Source: Trichoplax adhaerens (Eukaryota; Animalia; Placozoa). From it: a stretch of DNA of 64,000 bases. Position 1 is the stretch's first letter; every line of letters begins with the position of its first letter. Both the position numbers and the translations under genes were made by a program. Of the stretch, positions 1-11,900 are shown piece by piece. The notes beneath the pieces are model-generated. The model was not told the origin of the DNA. It was given only the letters and a program-made list of their open reading frames with translations, and made no database searches. The DNA is taken from contig NW_002060944.1 of NCBI RefSeq assembly GCF_000150275.1, positions 3,138,152 to 3,202,151 of the forward strand, in the 5' to 3' direction.

Positions 1-9
1 TGTAAGTGT

Positions 10-200
10 CCTACTGTACAGTACGACAGGACCATGGTACTGTAGATTGGCTACTGTAGATTCTGAAAGTGTGCTACAGCACGACAGGACAATGGTACTT
101 CTACAGGACCATGGTACTGTAGGTTGGCTACTGTACTGTACTGTACTCCATGCTACAGTCACTACAGTGCATTGCGTACAGTACTGAGTACTGTACGCAA
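10..200. repeat. Short imperfect repeats (ACAGGACCATGGTACTGTAG(A/G)TTGGCTACTGTA) and TACTG/TACAG low-complexity runs in intron 1 of the left-edge gene
   Basis: The same ~30-bp unit is seen at ~26-58 and ~103-135, with partial copies between and CTGTA runs after. Confidence 0.7.
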
Positions 201-259
201 CTACCCAATTTACTGTAGACCATACGGGTAGAACAAAGCTTGTTGGAATCATTGCTTAC

Positions 260-388
260 CCAACTCTCAAAGGAGATGTTAACGATTGCACACTGATCAT
301 ATTGAACAATTTTGTCAATTGACGCACTTTTAGTACTCGCGCAAGACGCATTGACGCAACGTCCAACACGTATTCTAAATTCGGCCAT
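260..388 (-). CDS. First coding exon of an unidentified gene continuing off the left end of the window (MAEFRIRVGRCVNASCASTKSASIDKIVQYDQCAIVNISFESW); weak resemblance to the N-terminus of D-aminoacyl-tRNA deacylase (DTD2/ATD-like)
   Basis: Strong start context AAACAAAATGGCC at 388. There are 43 open codons ending at a canonical donor TGG|GTAAGC (259). CpG-rich promoter-like DNA lies at ~390-460. The family resemblance is by eye only. Confidence 0.5.
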
Positions 389-1139
389 TTTGTTTTTGAT
401 GGACTGAAATACGCGCCACGCACTGCGACCTACAGTACTGTATACAGTAGAGTAGGCGGCATCTTTATGGTGGAAAAATGGTCAATTGCCATAGTCATGA
501 ATGCCAGAACGAAATGATGTCACCCCTGCTACTAAGCAATTGCACAATCGATGACTTATTTTTTGTTTCATTTTGCGCAATATGGAAATGATATCCTATT
601 CGTTACTGTATATTATCCAAACGGATCATTTGCCACGTCGTTTTAGTTCACTTCAAGCTATTTTACAGTCTTGTAGTCTCTGCAAAACCTCACTAACCTC
701 TCTGTACTGTATGCTTGATATTTACCATGAGGTAGGATTAGCCCTGCAATGGTGTACTGTGTATAGTGCAGACCTCCATTGTAAAAGGTAAAATATTATG
801 CTTTATATTTACAGAGTTTCACTTCCCAATCTGTAAGTGACTGCTACAGTTAAGCACGTTAGAAAAAGGTCAATGCCTAGTAAACAAATTATTGAATGTC
901 GTTCGAGTATGCCTGTGTAATGAATGGAGATATACTGCACCATAATTGCACACTCGTAACTTATTGCAGTATAAATGGAGTAGCCAAAAAATCAGTGCAG
1001 ACTATTCATGTGGTACTGCAACTGTTAACCACTTGGCAGTCAACGCACTGTAGTATGCACTACAGTATTAACATAATTATAGATGAATATGTAATAACTA
1101 CTAACAGATCAATCATCTACTATACGCCGCAAAATAAAC

Positions 1140-2400
1140 AAATAGATTAATATAGTATAAATCCCCGGATTTAGATTGTTACGTGCATTGCTGTTCAGAC
1201 CAGTAAAGTCACTATATATAGTATTTATTTAACTATTTTTAAAATACTCCTATGGAGAGTAAAATCGTAATCGAATTATCTACATTGATTGTATAGATTT
1301 CTCATCTAACGTACAACTGATATTATTATTAGTAAGTATTGTGCATATAAATGTATGTAATCATTGATACATTATTAATACTAGTAGATTACCCGTTCAA
1401 ATGAACAGAAAGCAATAAATTAAAAGAAATGATCAGCTAGACTACATTAGAGCTTTAGCACGTACGTTTGCATTACCATCCAAATTATGCTACATTATCT
1501 TTCAACGCATAGATTTTCTAACAAGTGCAAAAAAATGGTGATCCTAACAACAGACAGCGTATTCTTGTGCACGTCTTTATGTAATTATAGTAGATAACGG
1601 CAAGTAAGGGGATAGCGGTTAATGATAAGTCGGTTTATATCACTATATTACGTATATTGATATCGAGTAAAATAAATAATCCACTGAGATACAATTTTGA
1701 GGGTCAAGTTTGCTACAAGAACTTGCTATTAAATTTAAAGTCTCGGAATTTAACTGCAAGTTTTTGTAGGAAACTTAATCCTCGAGATTGTATCTCAGTG
1801 ATATATAATGCCCAATCTTATAAGAGAAAAAAATGGTAATCCTGACAACTGACAACGTAATCTAGCGCACGGCTGCATATAATTGTAGTAGATAATGGCA
1901 AGTAAAGTGACAGAGGTTAATGATGGAGTAGTTTAAATCACTATGCTACGTGTAGTTGCATTAGTAAAACAAATGAAGCACAAACTGCCAAAGACCACGT
2001 TGACCATATAAAGATACGAACCCTATTCGTGGCAACATGAAAGATATTACGGTAGCGCGTGTGGAAAGTATATTTCAGAAAATGATCGGTTTTCTTGGAA
2101 TAGTACTGTTAATTTATGATGAAAAATCATGTGATAGTAAACAGAGATTCGTGGTCGATCCGTTACGTATCTATGCGGTGTGCAGCTACAAATAATATAG
2201 GTTTATCCAGTCTGCAATGATACAACGTCGTAGATCATGAATATAACATTCACGTAGTTCTTAATCAACTAGTATACTTCAGGAAGCGGAAAATACATAA
2301 ATATAATTTTTGCCTTGATATGGTATTTTATAATAGCTGTCATCAAAAAGATTGATTTCTGCAAGACCGAAACAATATCCGATATTTTACATTAATTAAA
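1140..2400 (-). pseudogene. Decayed rhodopsin-like (class A) GPCR
   Basis: Minus-strand fragments occur in the correct order. TM3/ICL2/TM4: 'TDHFLKYTFHTRYRNIFHVATNRVRIFIWSTWSLAV' (DRF/DRY-like, ~2090-1980). TM5: 'AIPLLAVIYYNYIK' (~1620-1575). TM7: 'NNLNPGIYTIL' with NPxxY at 1157-1171. Many stops and frameshifts. Confidence 0.6.
1530..1960 (+). repeat. ~130-bp diverged direct repeat (copies ~1530-1660 and ~1828-1960)
   Basis: AAAAATGGTGATCCTAACAACAGACAGCGT...GTAGATAACGGCAAGTAAG... vs AAAAATGGTAATCCTGACAACTGACAACGT...GTAGATAATGGCAAGTAAAG... Confidence 0.85.
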
Positions 2401-2918
2401 GGCATTCTTTTAAACTCCACCGATTTTATCGCTCCGGCTACTTTTACCATTAGGCACGAAAGACATAAGAAATCTAGCAATATTATAACTATTGGTATTA
2501 TTATAGTACCGTACTACATTTATTGTATCCAAAATTTAGATAAGTAATAATTATGACACTTGTATGATGCTTTTTAAATATTATACAATATATGACATTT
2601 CTATTTATTGATAATAGTATTCTGATATTATACATAACAAAATGTTGATAACAATTTTACCTTGTCTTTACTGTATATGAGCATATCTATACTTACGGAT
2701 GAAATCGACCGTGTACAGAGATTATATCCGTGAATATCTTACTTATGTATTCGAATAGTCCAAATAGATTGCTTACTGCTACATATTACCAATATACACA
2801 ATCTAATGATTATACTTAATACAGCTGGTTATGATGATAATTTCAGACAAGGAAGTACATGCAGATTACAAGTTGATATATAACAGTCCTAAATGAAATA
2901 ATTACTAGAAATATATAG

Positions 2919-3866
2919 TTATAATTCATCACTAGAATGCTTAGTAGTCGGTAAACTACCCACAAATATATCAGAATTATCCAGTATCTCTTCTACAGAT
3001 AGTTTTTGATCTTGATTCTTATCTGCTTTATTGATCAGGTGTCTTGCTTCATTGCGTAACTGATTGAGAAATTGTACTGGAACATAGTATAACCTAACTT
3101 CTTCTAAATCCAACATCCCATCATTATTTTTGTCATATGAATCAAATTTTTGCTTTTCTTCCTTTAACCAATCGTGGGTATGCTCAATTTCTTGTATGTT
3201 GTCGTGATTACTTCCCAAATATTCCTTGAATTCTAACAGATTGTCTTTATTCCTATCAGACTTGTGCAAAGCTTCCTGATGTAAAAACTCTGCCATTCTT
3301 GGATCACTTTCAGGATGCAACCAGATCTTAAATTCATGAAGGCTTAATTTCAAGTCACCATCAGTGTCTGCATGGTTATATTTTTCTTTATCATATTTCA
3401 TTTCTTTAAGGTCAACATTTTGCGATACAACTAAAATACCAGCAGTCTCAGAATTATCACTTATCCCATACTTTGCCGACCTTATTTCATCCCATGAAAC
3501 CTTGTTGTCCTTGTTTTTGTCATATAACTGAAAAGAAGCTTCCGCACCTCTTGCTATTACTTTATCTTGACGCGTTCTTATCCAGTTTGTCAGCTCTAAT
3601 ATATCAATCAAATTATCATTGTTACTATCAATCTCGGGTATAAGCACTTTTAGACGTTCCTTAGAGTTTTCAGAGGTCAATTTATCAAAGTTTTGTGCTT
3701 CTTCAACACCTAGGAACACCTGATGGTCAAATTCTTTGCTATGTAACTCATCTTTATAATGATCAGTTAATACATGAAAATGATGATCTTGGCATTGAAT
3801 AAGGCAAAGATGCAATCCGACCATAAGAACTGAAAGAACTGCTGAGTAATAGTTTTCTTTAAGCAT
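2919..3866 (-). CDS. Calumenin/reticulocalbin (CREC family) ER/secretory multi-EF-hand Ca2+-binding protein, single coding exon
   Basis: N-terminal signal peptide; CREC motif 'FDHQVFLG..EA..FD.L....SKERL'; six EF-hand loops (e.g. DKNNDGMLDLEE); 'FVGS' near the C-terminus; terminal ER-retrieval-like SDEL. A probable 5'UTR acceptor lies near 3915. Confidence 0.93.
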   Translation of the reverse strand: MLKENYYSAVLSVLMVGLHLCLIQCQDHHFHVLTDHYKDELHSKEFDHQVFLGVEEAQNFDKLTSENSKERLKVLIPEIDSNNDNLIDILELTNWIRTRQDKVIARGAEASFQLYDKNKDNKVSWDEIRSAKYGISDNSETAGILVVSQNVDLKEMKYDKEKYNHADTDGDLKLSLHEFKIWLHPESDPRMAEFLHQEALHKSDRNKDNLLEFKEYLGSNHDNIQEIEHTHDWLKEEKQKFDSYDKNNDGMLDLEEVRLYYVPVQFLNQLRNEARHLINKADKNQDQKLSVEEILDNSDIFVGSLPTTKHSSDEL

Positions 3867-4669
3867 TATCTTTCAGCAATGGTTCCAATTTTGTGTAGAT
3901 ATAGCGAAAGGAGCTGTAATAAAAAATATTTAGGTTTTAGAGTGACATTTCTGACTTAATCCTAGACGCATTAAACGAACTTATTGGATTTGGACATTAA
4001 TTTATTACAATGATAAATTTTCGAGGAAGGCTTCAGTAAGTTACGATTTACGTTTATTAGTATGATTCAATCATTTAAGGCTATTTACTCGTATATTTGT
4101 TAAATAACGGTAATATTCCTACTCAAAGTCTTAGTCAAAATAACTTCTGTAATATAGGGGAGGGGGTAACAGAGTATAATGTCTAATTATTGTGGATAAA
4201 TTGAAACAATACTATATAGTATTTATTGAGCAGGTTTAGTAACATGAGATAAAATCAGTTTAAATAGACAAAACTACTTATACGGTATCAGACAGTCACT
4301 GAGTGAGCATATCAAAGAACAATGTGCGTTTCCGTATCAGGTTCCAATTACAATTTAATTTACTAATCATTGATTATGTTAACTGTATCTTACATTCTCA
4401 ATTGCAATGCAATTCACGTCGCCTTTTACTGTAGGTGAAGATAACTTTGCAAGAAAATAATTGGCAGTCCACAATATTATTGATTGTATTTGATATTAGT
4501 CCACAGGAACAAATTTCATCACGACTCATAAATTAAAGCTTAATAATCAGTTACATAAAAGAGAAATAAGTATTCTAGTGATTCGACGTAAATCACCCAT
4601 ACCCTTGCCTGTAAATATACTTAAATGTGAATTGAACAGTGGATAGTATTCAAAAAGTCATGCTTCCCT

Positions 4670-5795
4670 TGATTCACATAAATTATAGCAGTAAATGGGT
4701 TCAAGGCGTGGAGAAAATAGTCACATAAATAATTGCTACTTATCGTGATTGGTTCATTAATCTGTATTGATTACAGTATACTCATACGTCATGATTTACT
4801 CATGATTGCTCTAATCATCATATCTCATTGTTATGCAAAATCAAAATTATTCCAAGTTAGCAGATTCTCGCTTTTGCATATACACTTTCCGGTAATCCTA
4901 GATTCTGAATTGCTATGTACGGTAAAGGCACGAATTGATTTCACCTTCAGTTTGTGTTTTATTGATAATTTTAAGTATGTATTACGAATTCATGTAGAAA
5001 TTGAAGCGAAAGATCAGCCGAGACTAGAGCAACAAAAATACTAGCTGTTGGACTGTTGCACTTAACTGTCGCTAGTGCAAGACAGATAGCTTTAGATTGT
5101 TATAAATTTTAGATTTAGAATTTTGCTAAAAATTAAATTAAATCGTGTATAGTAAAGTTTAATTTTAAAAATCGCGTCTTTGATCATAGTCATGATCAAG
5201 AATATTGCAATAATGTTAGCATTAATATTTTACTAATAAATAACATTTCACTAGATCTGGACGCTATGATTGAGAACTGTAGTCTACATTGTATAAGGAT
5301 TATGGGTAATATCTATCCATACAATCTTACTAGAAACGCCAGACCATACAGGCATTTTATGTATCATAAAATCAATGTTTCCATGAAGGTATGAATGGGT
5401 GTCACCGTACCGTGTTCATTGCATGTACGCGTATAACGATAGTCAGCTCAACATTTGAGGCGAGTAATACATTTTCTTAAAAGCAAGTTATGATCTCTGT
5501 TGCGTAACATTATTGATAATATCGAATAAACTAACAAGGTAGACACTATCCACTGACAAGTAAGAGACCGTAAGAAAATCTGTTCTAGCTTCGCTATTAA
5601 TCATATTAGATTACTAAACGGGAATTTCTAATAGAGTATAGTAAGATTACAGAACATTGCCGTTATCAGGAGGGCATTTCTAATTTTGACGGCATCTCCA
5701 CCGAATATAAAATTTTCAAAGCTTGCATAAGTGCATTAACTCTGCTTACCGTACACATAGCCTAATATGCACTTCCATGGCAGCTTAGTGGGGCT
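4670..5795 (-). pseudogene. Decayed LGR/GRL101-type (leucine-rich-repeat GPCR) 7TM region
   Basis: Minus-strand fragments in order: hinge/TM1 'YASFENFIFGGDAVKIRNALLITAMFCNLTIL' (cf. SSCENL..), TM2 'SVYLVSLFDI', TM3 'ASNVELT..RY..VTP', TM5 'TASIFVALV', TM6 'SESRITGKCICKSENLLTW', TM7 'HALNPF' (~4696). Multiple stops and frameshifts. Confidence 0.55.
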
Positions 5796-6221
5796 CTAAA
5801 ACATATACAGTACACGTAAACGTAAAATAATTTTTGGTGTCAATTACGGTCGTTCCTTTTATTTCACTTTTAACAACAGCTTAAGTAGTGGTGTACGATA
5901 TCATGGAAGGCACGTACAGCACTACACGGTACTGCATATACTAATAATACAGATGATCTATTGCAAATTCGTGCTAAAAATAATTTCTCAAAAAAAGTAT
6001 GCTTACTATTTATTAATTCAACAATAAAATTTGTTTGGCTAGTGCATATTTGCAGTCTAAATGCATTTTCTTCTAAGCAATATTAGTGACTACATTAGGT
6101 GGACGTAGACTTTAAAAAATCGAATATGCACGACTCTTAGTAAATTTAAATTATGACACACGGAAGGTGGTAATACAGTATGAAGTATTTCGACAATAAT
6201 GATTCATGCAACACAGTCGAC

Positions 6222-6434
6222 TTAGTTCATACGGCCACTAATTTCTTCTCTCAGTCTGCGTGCCATTTCGTACTTTTCATTGACTTCGTTCCTTATCCAT
6301 TCGGGATCAACTTCGTTGGGGCCGATCAAACTTCCACCGTTCAGGGGTTCATCCAAATTGACAACCTGTTCACCATCAGCATTTACCGAAAAGATGATCG
6401 CAAAGACCAAGCAGACAACCAGAAGGGCCTTCAT
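6222..6434 (-). CDS. Small secreted protein, 70 aa; candidate peptide/neuropeptide precursor
   Basis: Textbook signal peptide (MKALLVVCLVFAIIFSVNA|D) followed by an acidic pro-region, an RR site and a C-terminal G-R. The ATG follows directly on an acceptor (TTATAG|ATG), and a GTGAGT donor at ~6717 implies a non-coding first exon. AATAAA-like signals lie downstream. Confidence 0.75.
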   Translation of the reverse strand: MKALLVVCLVFAIIFSVNADGEQVVNLDEPLNGGSLIGPNEVDPEWIRNEVNEKYEMARRLREEISGRMN

Positions 6435-8194
6435 CTATAATCATGATTAATAATAATATAATTGAATGCGATAGATAAGATTAGAGAATAAACTAGGAAT
6501 TGTACCATTACGATATGCTGTTGATATCATATGTTGTTAAAATCAAAGCACTTAATAGCTTTTTTCCTTTTTAAGTATCTGAAACGACAATAACTACACC
6601 ATACTCTGTTGTTACCATTTCTTTTCTTAGATGTTCCTGACTGTACAGTACTATTAAATATAGATACTGTATACGGTTCTACTGTACACCTGAATCCAAA
6701 CTATAAATATCACTCACTCAAACCGTAGGCGTATATTGGCATTCTTAGCATAAAAAACTGTCAAGAATCTCTACTAAATTCTACAAAGGCCATAATGAAA
6801 ATGTTGACTGTATAGCAAAAAGTAGATACGAAACAGATACACAACGACGAGCTAGTGAGTGTAAGCATCGAATTCAGTTCACAAAATTCAATGTCCTTTG
6901 TGATGCCTGTTGTACGCGTATGTGTGTCTCGCCAAACAGATTGTTTTTTATTAATTCGATTTTCCATCTACAAGTGATCGATTACATTACTAAAATAGGA
7001 AAAGGGAAGCCTATCGAATGATATATCAAAAATAACAACATATAATCATCGCGACGCGGTTTCAATAAATTAATAAGAAATAAAATGGAAGCAGTAAATC
7101 AGGATTCAAAGAGTGAAGATAGAGAACAAAACATTGGATAATCAATTTTCCAAGTCATATCAGCTTTTGTACAGGCCATGTTGAGCAAGAGAAGATGAAT
7201 CCTACACGCGTATGATAGCATCAATAATGCGTTTACTGTACAGTATGTACTACTGCAGCGGATCATTCTAAGGCTTCCTTATACGAAGTATTTCTCTATG
7301 AAAATAATCTTCCAATGCTTTTTATAACTTACTTTCTTCCTACTTTTTTTCCTTACAGAATTTCTCAAGCAAAATAACAGCCAAATTCGTCGAAACGATG
7401 ACGTTCATGTAGTAACCAATCTTCCAATAAGGCCTAGTACTTATACTGACTACACAAGTCACTGACCTACTACAGTATGTAGACTGTACTGTACTGTACT
7501 GAATCTGTTTTGCCGTCAAGCCCAGTACTGTAGTAAAGCAGTGCAGTACCAACTCTACTCAGCACCGTAGTACAGGACACTACCAGTACAATGTACTGTA
7601 CTGTCAATTTTTGGCAGGACAAATCAGAATCAGCGTGCCATGCAGTACGTGGCACTTGCTATCCGTGGTACTAAGTTATGACATGAAAAGACGCGCAGCA
7701 GCACAAATACGAACTAGGTCGAGATGAAAGATAGGACTGTACTGTATTCTCTGGAAACTGCTACGCAATACAGTCGTAGTGTACAATGTACAGGAGAGTC
7801 CTAACAGGCTCTTGCCTCATGTTCATCAATTTTAGTCGTCAATTTTATTGCTAAGACATTGATGATGACAGATTATTTACTTGACTTCGTGTTCATAACG
7901 TAATATTGACTGCAGTTAGTGTACTTGTACTGTTTATCCATGGTTTTATCCTACCCCCATGTATTGACATTTTTTATTGATTTGTTACTGTACTGTACGT
8001 CTAGTATACCGTCATGCACCATAGTACTGTTTAGCATCGTCGTTTAATTAATGAATTAATTAACGGTTAATTAACTGGCTGTCATTAATGTATCACGTGC
8101 AGAAAGGAGAAACCACCGACACTTCAACTTCTAGAACGTCATACCGCAGTTTCAGAAGGAAGGAAGGAATACTGTCTTGGAATTTTTAGTTCAA

Positions 8195-8332
8195 GGCTAC
8201 AGTACGTACTTTACAGTGTATAGTGTACAGTACAGTACATGTACTGTAAGCTACAGTATCACTGCACTACAGTACAGTGTACAGTACTGTACAGTACTCT
8301 ACTTTACAGTACAGTGTACAGTACTGTACACC
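8195..8332. repeat. Dense TACAGTA/TACTGTA/TACAGTG palindromic simple-repeat cluster upstream of CDC23
   Basis: e.g. TACAGTACAGTGTACAGTACTGTACAGTACTCTACTTTACAGTACAGTGTACAGTACTGTACA; looser clusters at 7440-7790. Confidence 0.85.
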
Positions 8333-8349
8333 ACTCTGGACGACTGGCG

Positions 8350-8870
8350 GTAAATACAAAAAATCTTCCATCAATTTAATAAGATTAGGATAACATCACC
8401 ATTGCTGTCCTTTAATTAAAGCTAAGAGGAATTTCCTATTTCATGGCAAGTGCCAATCGCCTTTGCTAGCGTTCTCAACGTTGACTTGTTACATTCAAAC
8501 TAGCCTACAATCACTACGGTAATTATACAATGTCTCCGTTGCAAGATTTGATAATCCTTTTCTTCGACAAATAGTACTGTATTATACTAGGGTGCAATGG
8601 CTCGTGCAGTTGGACGAGTATCTTCTTGCTGGAGGTTTTCATCATTTATTGGACAGTATATAGAATCGATCTTTTTCCATAAGTAATTTACAAAATAATA
8701 ATCTGCTATTCAGAAATGTGTCAGTTTGCCTTGAAATGGATACTTTGGTATACCGCTAAATTCTCTCTGGTATCATTATGGACAAGAGCTAAAGCTTCAA
8801 TCACTTTCTCACTTATTTCATTCACGTAACACGTATAGCCAAGTGAATACCATTTGGCAAAGTTACATAC
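8350..8870 (-). pseudogene. Possible decayed NACHT/STAND NTPase fragment
   Basis: One minus frame reads 'WKKIDSIYCPI...IITVVIVG*FECNKSTLRTLAKAI...GDVILILLN*WK'. This resembles a degenerate Walker A (hhhhG..G.GKST) followed by Walker B (hhhhDGWD), with in-frame stops. Confidence 0.35.
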
Positions 8871-8958
8871 GATAATTTTGACTACCTATACCTTGAAGCT
8901 GCAAAAATATCCAGGCTGATACGTGCTTTCTTTTATTACTTCGTCATGTTTCAGAGTG

Positions 8959-11900
8959 ATGCCTCACGATTCATCAATGAAGCAAGAAATTCTGTGGGAA
9001 GCACGAGAATGTTCCAATAGAGGTTTGATCCATGCATGCAAATGGTAAGGTGATGTCGCATAGTGTACATTGTAATCAATAGAACTATAATGAATCAAAC
9101 AGCACTATAGGCCGTCGATCCACTTACTAATGTAAATGGATATTACATTTAACAGGTTGGCAGAACTTGGCAGTCATTTGTCCAGCTCAGAGGCTGATAA
9201 ATTATCGTCAACTGTTTTGACGGAAGATGATAACTTTGAAACTGAATATGACCTTTATGTGCTGACAAAATCTTATTTCGACTGTAAAGAGTATCAACGT
9301 GCATATAAGGTTTCATCTAACTGTAAAAGCCAAAAGTTGTATTTTCTGAGATTGTATTCATGGTATATGGTAAGTTGATGAAAAGGTGAACGATTTGAGT
9401 AGTTTATGTATGTAGTAATGAGATTTTCCTAAGGTTCAATACTTCTGATATGTGCTAAACATTTCAAAAGTTGAAATGCTCACTGATTAGAATGAAATAG
9501 TGGCAGCTAATGTTTGTAATATTATCCATACGCTTTGTAGTCTGGGCAGAAAAAGCAACGTGATGACCAAGTTGGATTTACATGTAAGGGCCGAAAACAC
9601 TGCATTTTCCCAGCGTTATTTAACTTATATACATACCTGGTCAAATATCAACTATTTAATAATTATAAGCTATTAATATTATTATTAAAAAGTAACTTAC
9701 TACTAATTAATTAGCGGTAGACAAGGTTTGCAATCAAGAGTTGTATAAATTAGAAAAAGAACTGAAAGAGAATTTACCCTCATTGGATGGATACTGTCTA
9801 TATTTGTGAGTTTAATATTTTTACCTTCAAAGAAATGTAGTAAATAAATCTTGATTGAATAATAAATTTTCTGATCAAGGCAGACAATGATTGATCATTC
9901 ATGTTATATTTTCATGCATTGGTATAGATACGGCGTTGTTCTAAAAGAATTGGATTTCAAAGAAGAAGCAATTAAGATTTTAGTTGATGCCATCAATAAA
10001 CGCCCTTTATTATGGTGTGCTTGGGAAGAATTAATACCTTTATGCTCCGATGTAGAAATGGTAGGCGATATAAATTGAGACAACGGAGCATGCATATGAT
10101 ATTCTCCATTAGCAGAAATATACTAGGAAGGTATATGGTAAAGTCAATTTGATCAAAGTCCTTCTAATGAGCAAAATTGTACAACATTCTACAGGTAATG
10201 TCATTATCCTTACCAGATCATTGGATTAAGACTTTCTTTTTAGCAAGTGTTCATAATGAGCTGCATTGCGCTGAAGAGGCACTGGTTTATTGTCAATCCT
10301 TGAAAGACCTTGGTTTTCAATCAAGTTTACATGTGAAGTCCCTTATTGCATTTAGTTACTATAATGTTAGAGGTTAGTTCACTTCTTTGCATCCGTAAGA
10401 TCACCTTATAAAATTAACATGCAGTGACTTGCTAAATCATTAAAAGGAAATTAACCCGCTTTCCATGCCATATAGCAGATTGGCATACCTTTATTAGACA
10501 TCATAATAAATAATTTTACTATCAGTTACAACGTTTTTCGTAGGTATTAAATGCACTATCTTTATTACGAATAATTAATTGATCGTTGGATACATTTCTC
10601 GCTTAAAGATTATGACAATGCCGAAGATTATTTCGAAGAGCTTCATAAGGCATATCCTCTCCGCTTGGAAAATATGGACATTTACTCTAATATATTATAC
10701 GTCAAAGTAGGTTATATTTGATAAACCTAAATTTTCTAATTGTAGTAGTCTTGAAGTATAAAATCATCCGAGAAGATGTGTTTACTGTATTTTTTTTGGT
10801 ATCCAGGAAAAGAAGATTGAACTATCTGACTTAGCTCATCATGTTTCGTCAATCGACAAATTTTCTGTAATTAGCTGCTATGTTGTAGGTAAATGAGATG
10901 AGTTTATATTATTCATCGTTAATTTCCGGTAGAAACATTTTACATTAGAAATTCTAAACTATGATAATTGCCCTTCATATTAATTTTAAAATCTTAAAGT
11001 TTTCTGATCTGAACTTTTATTTTAAATAGTCAACAGTAGCGCATCGGCCATTTCCTATTATAATTAAAACGGCTTACACGCTCTTTAGATATATAAATTA
11101 TTTGTGTTTAGATTAATGTGATTCCATGTAAAATGCCACAGTATCAGGAATGTCCATGTTTTGTTTAAAGTGTTGTTGCTACTGATTACTTTACGTACAG
11201 TTGATCATTTTCCCATTGCACTTTTATCTGTTCTATATTTGATGGTTGATTTATATCGTAGGGGGAGTTGTGATATTTCTAGATTTGGTAGCGTTCCGGA
11301 GTTGATAAAAATATAATTAGAATAGGAGATTGTACTTTTACAAATGAGCAGTTCATGATTTATTTTTCATGCTAATTAACCTTTCTGACTTAAAATTACC
11401 AGTTATTACATTTTCATCACGAGTATTCTTTCGTAAAATGTAAATGGTTATAAATAATTTCTTGGTGCATACTGTAGTCGTACCCATTATGATTTTTTGT
11501 TTTGTTCGTGCCATCTAGGTAATTATTACAGTTTAATTGGACAACACAAAAAGGCCTTACGGTATTTCCAGCGAGCACTTACTCTGAATCCAAGATATTT
11601 ATTTATCTGGACATTAATTGGACATGAATATATGGAATTAGCAAATACTTCAGCCGCGATAGAAGCTTACCGAAAAGCGATTGGTAAATTATAGGCTTTG
11701 CTTGCATAATTAGTCGTTAAAATTATGATCTGTAGGGAATTGATTTATATTTCATGTGCGATAAATGGCTAGAAATAAATCGAAATGACTTCAGGGCCTG
11801 GTATGGCTTAGGACAAGCTTACGAAATTTTAAAGATGCCTTACTATAGTCTATTCTATTATAAGCGAGCTCAAGCTTTAAGGTAAAGTCAAGGGGTATTA

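Noticed and set aside
430-450. LexA/SOS box-like TACTGTATACAGTA (also ~22217)
   Set aside because: The spacing is not CTGT-N8-ACAG and the genome is eukaryotic. It is part of the general TACAGTA motif family.
4600-4612. Possible 6-nt 5'UTR microexon of calumenin (TTTACAG|GCAAGG|GTATGG on the minus strand)
   Set aside because: Non-coding, so no frame test is available. It could be chance splice-like sequence.
4733-5044. 103-aa hydrophobic + strand ORF
   Set aside because: Non-ATG start and no family motifs. It is antisense to TM5-TM7 of the decayed LGR-type receptor.
6180-6440. 86-aa + strand ORF
   Set aside because: Antisense shadow of the signal-peptide-bearing 6222-6434 gene.
8780-8870. 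CDC123-like N-terminus ('CNFAKWY') on the minus strand
   Set aside because: Only a short motif, with no start codon and no downstream CDC123 similarity.
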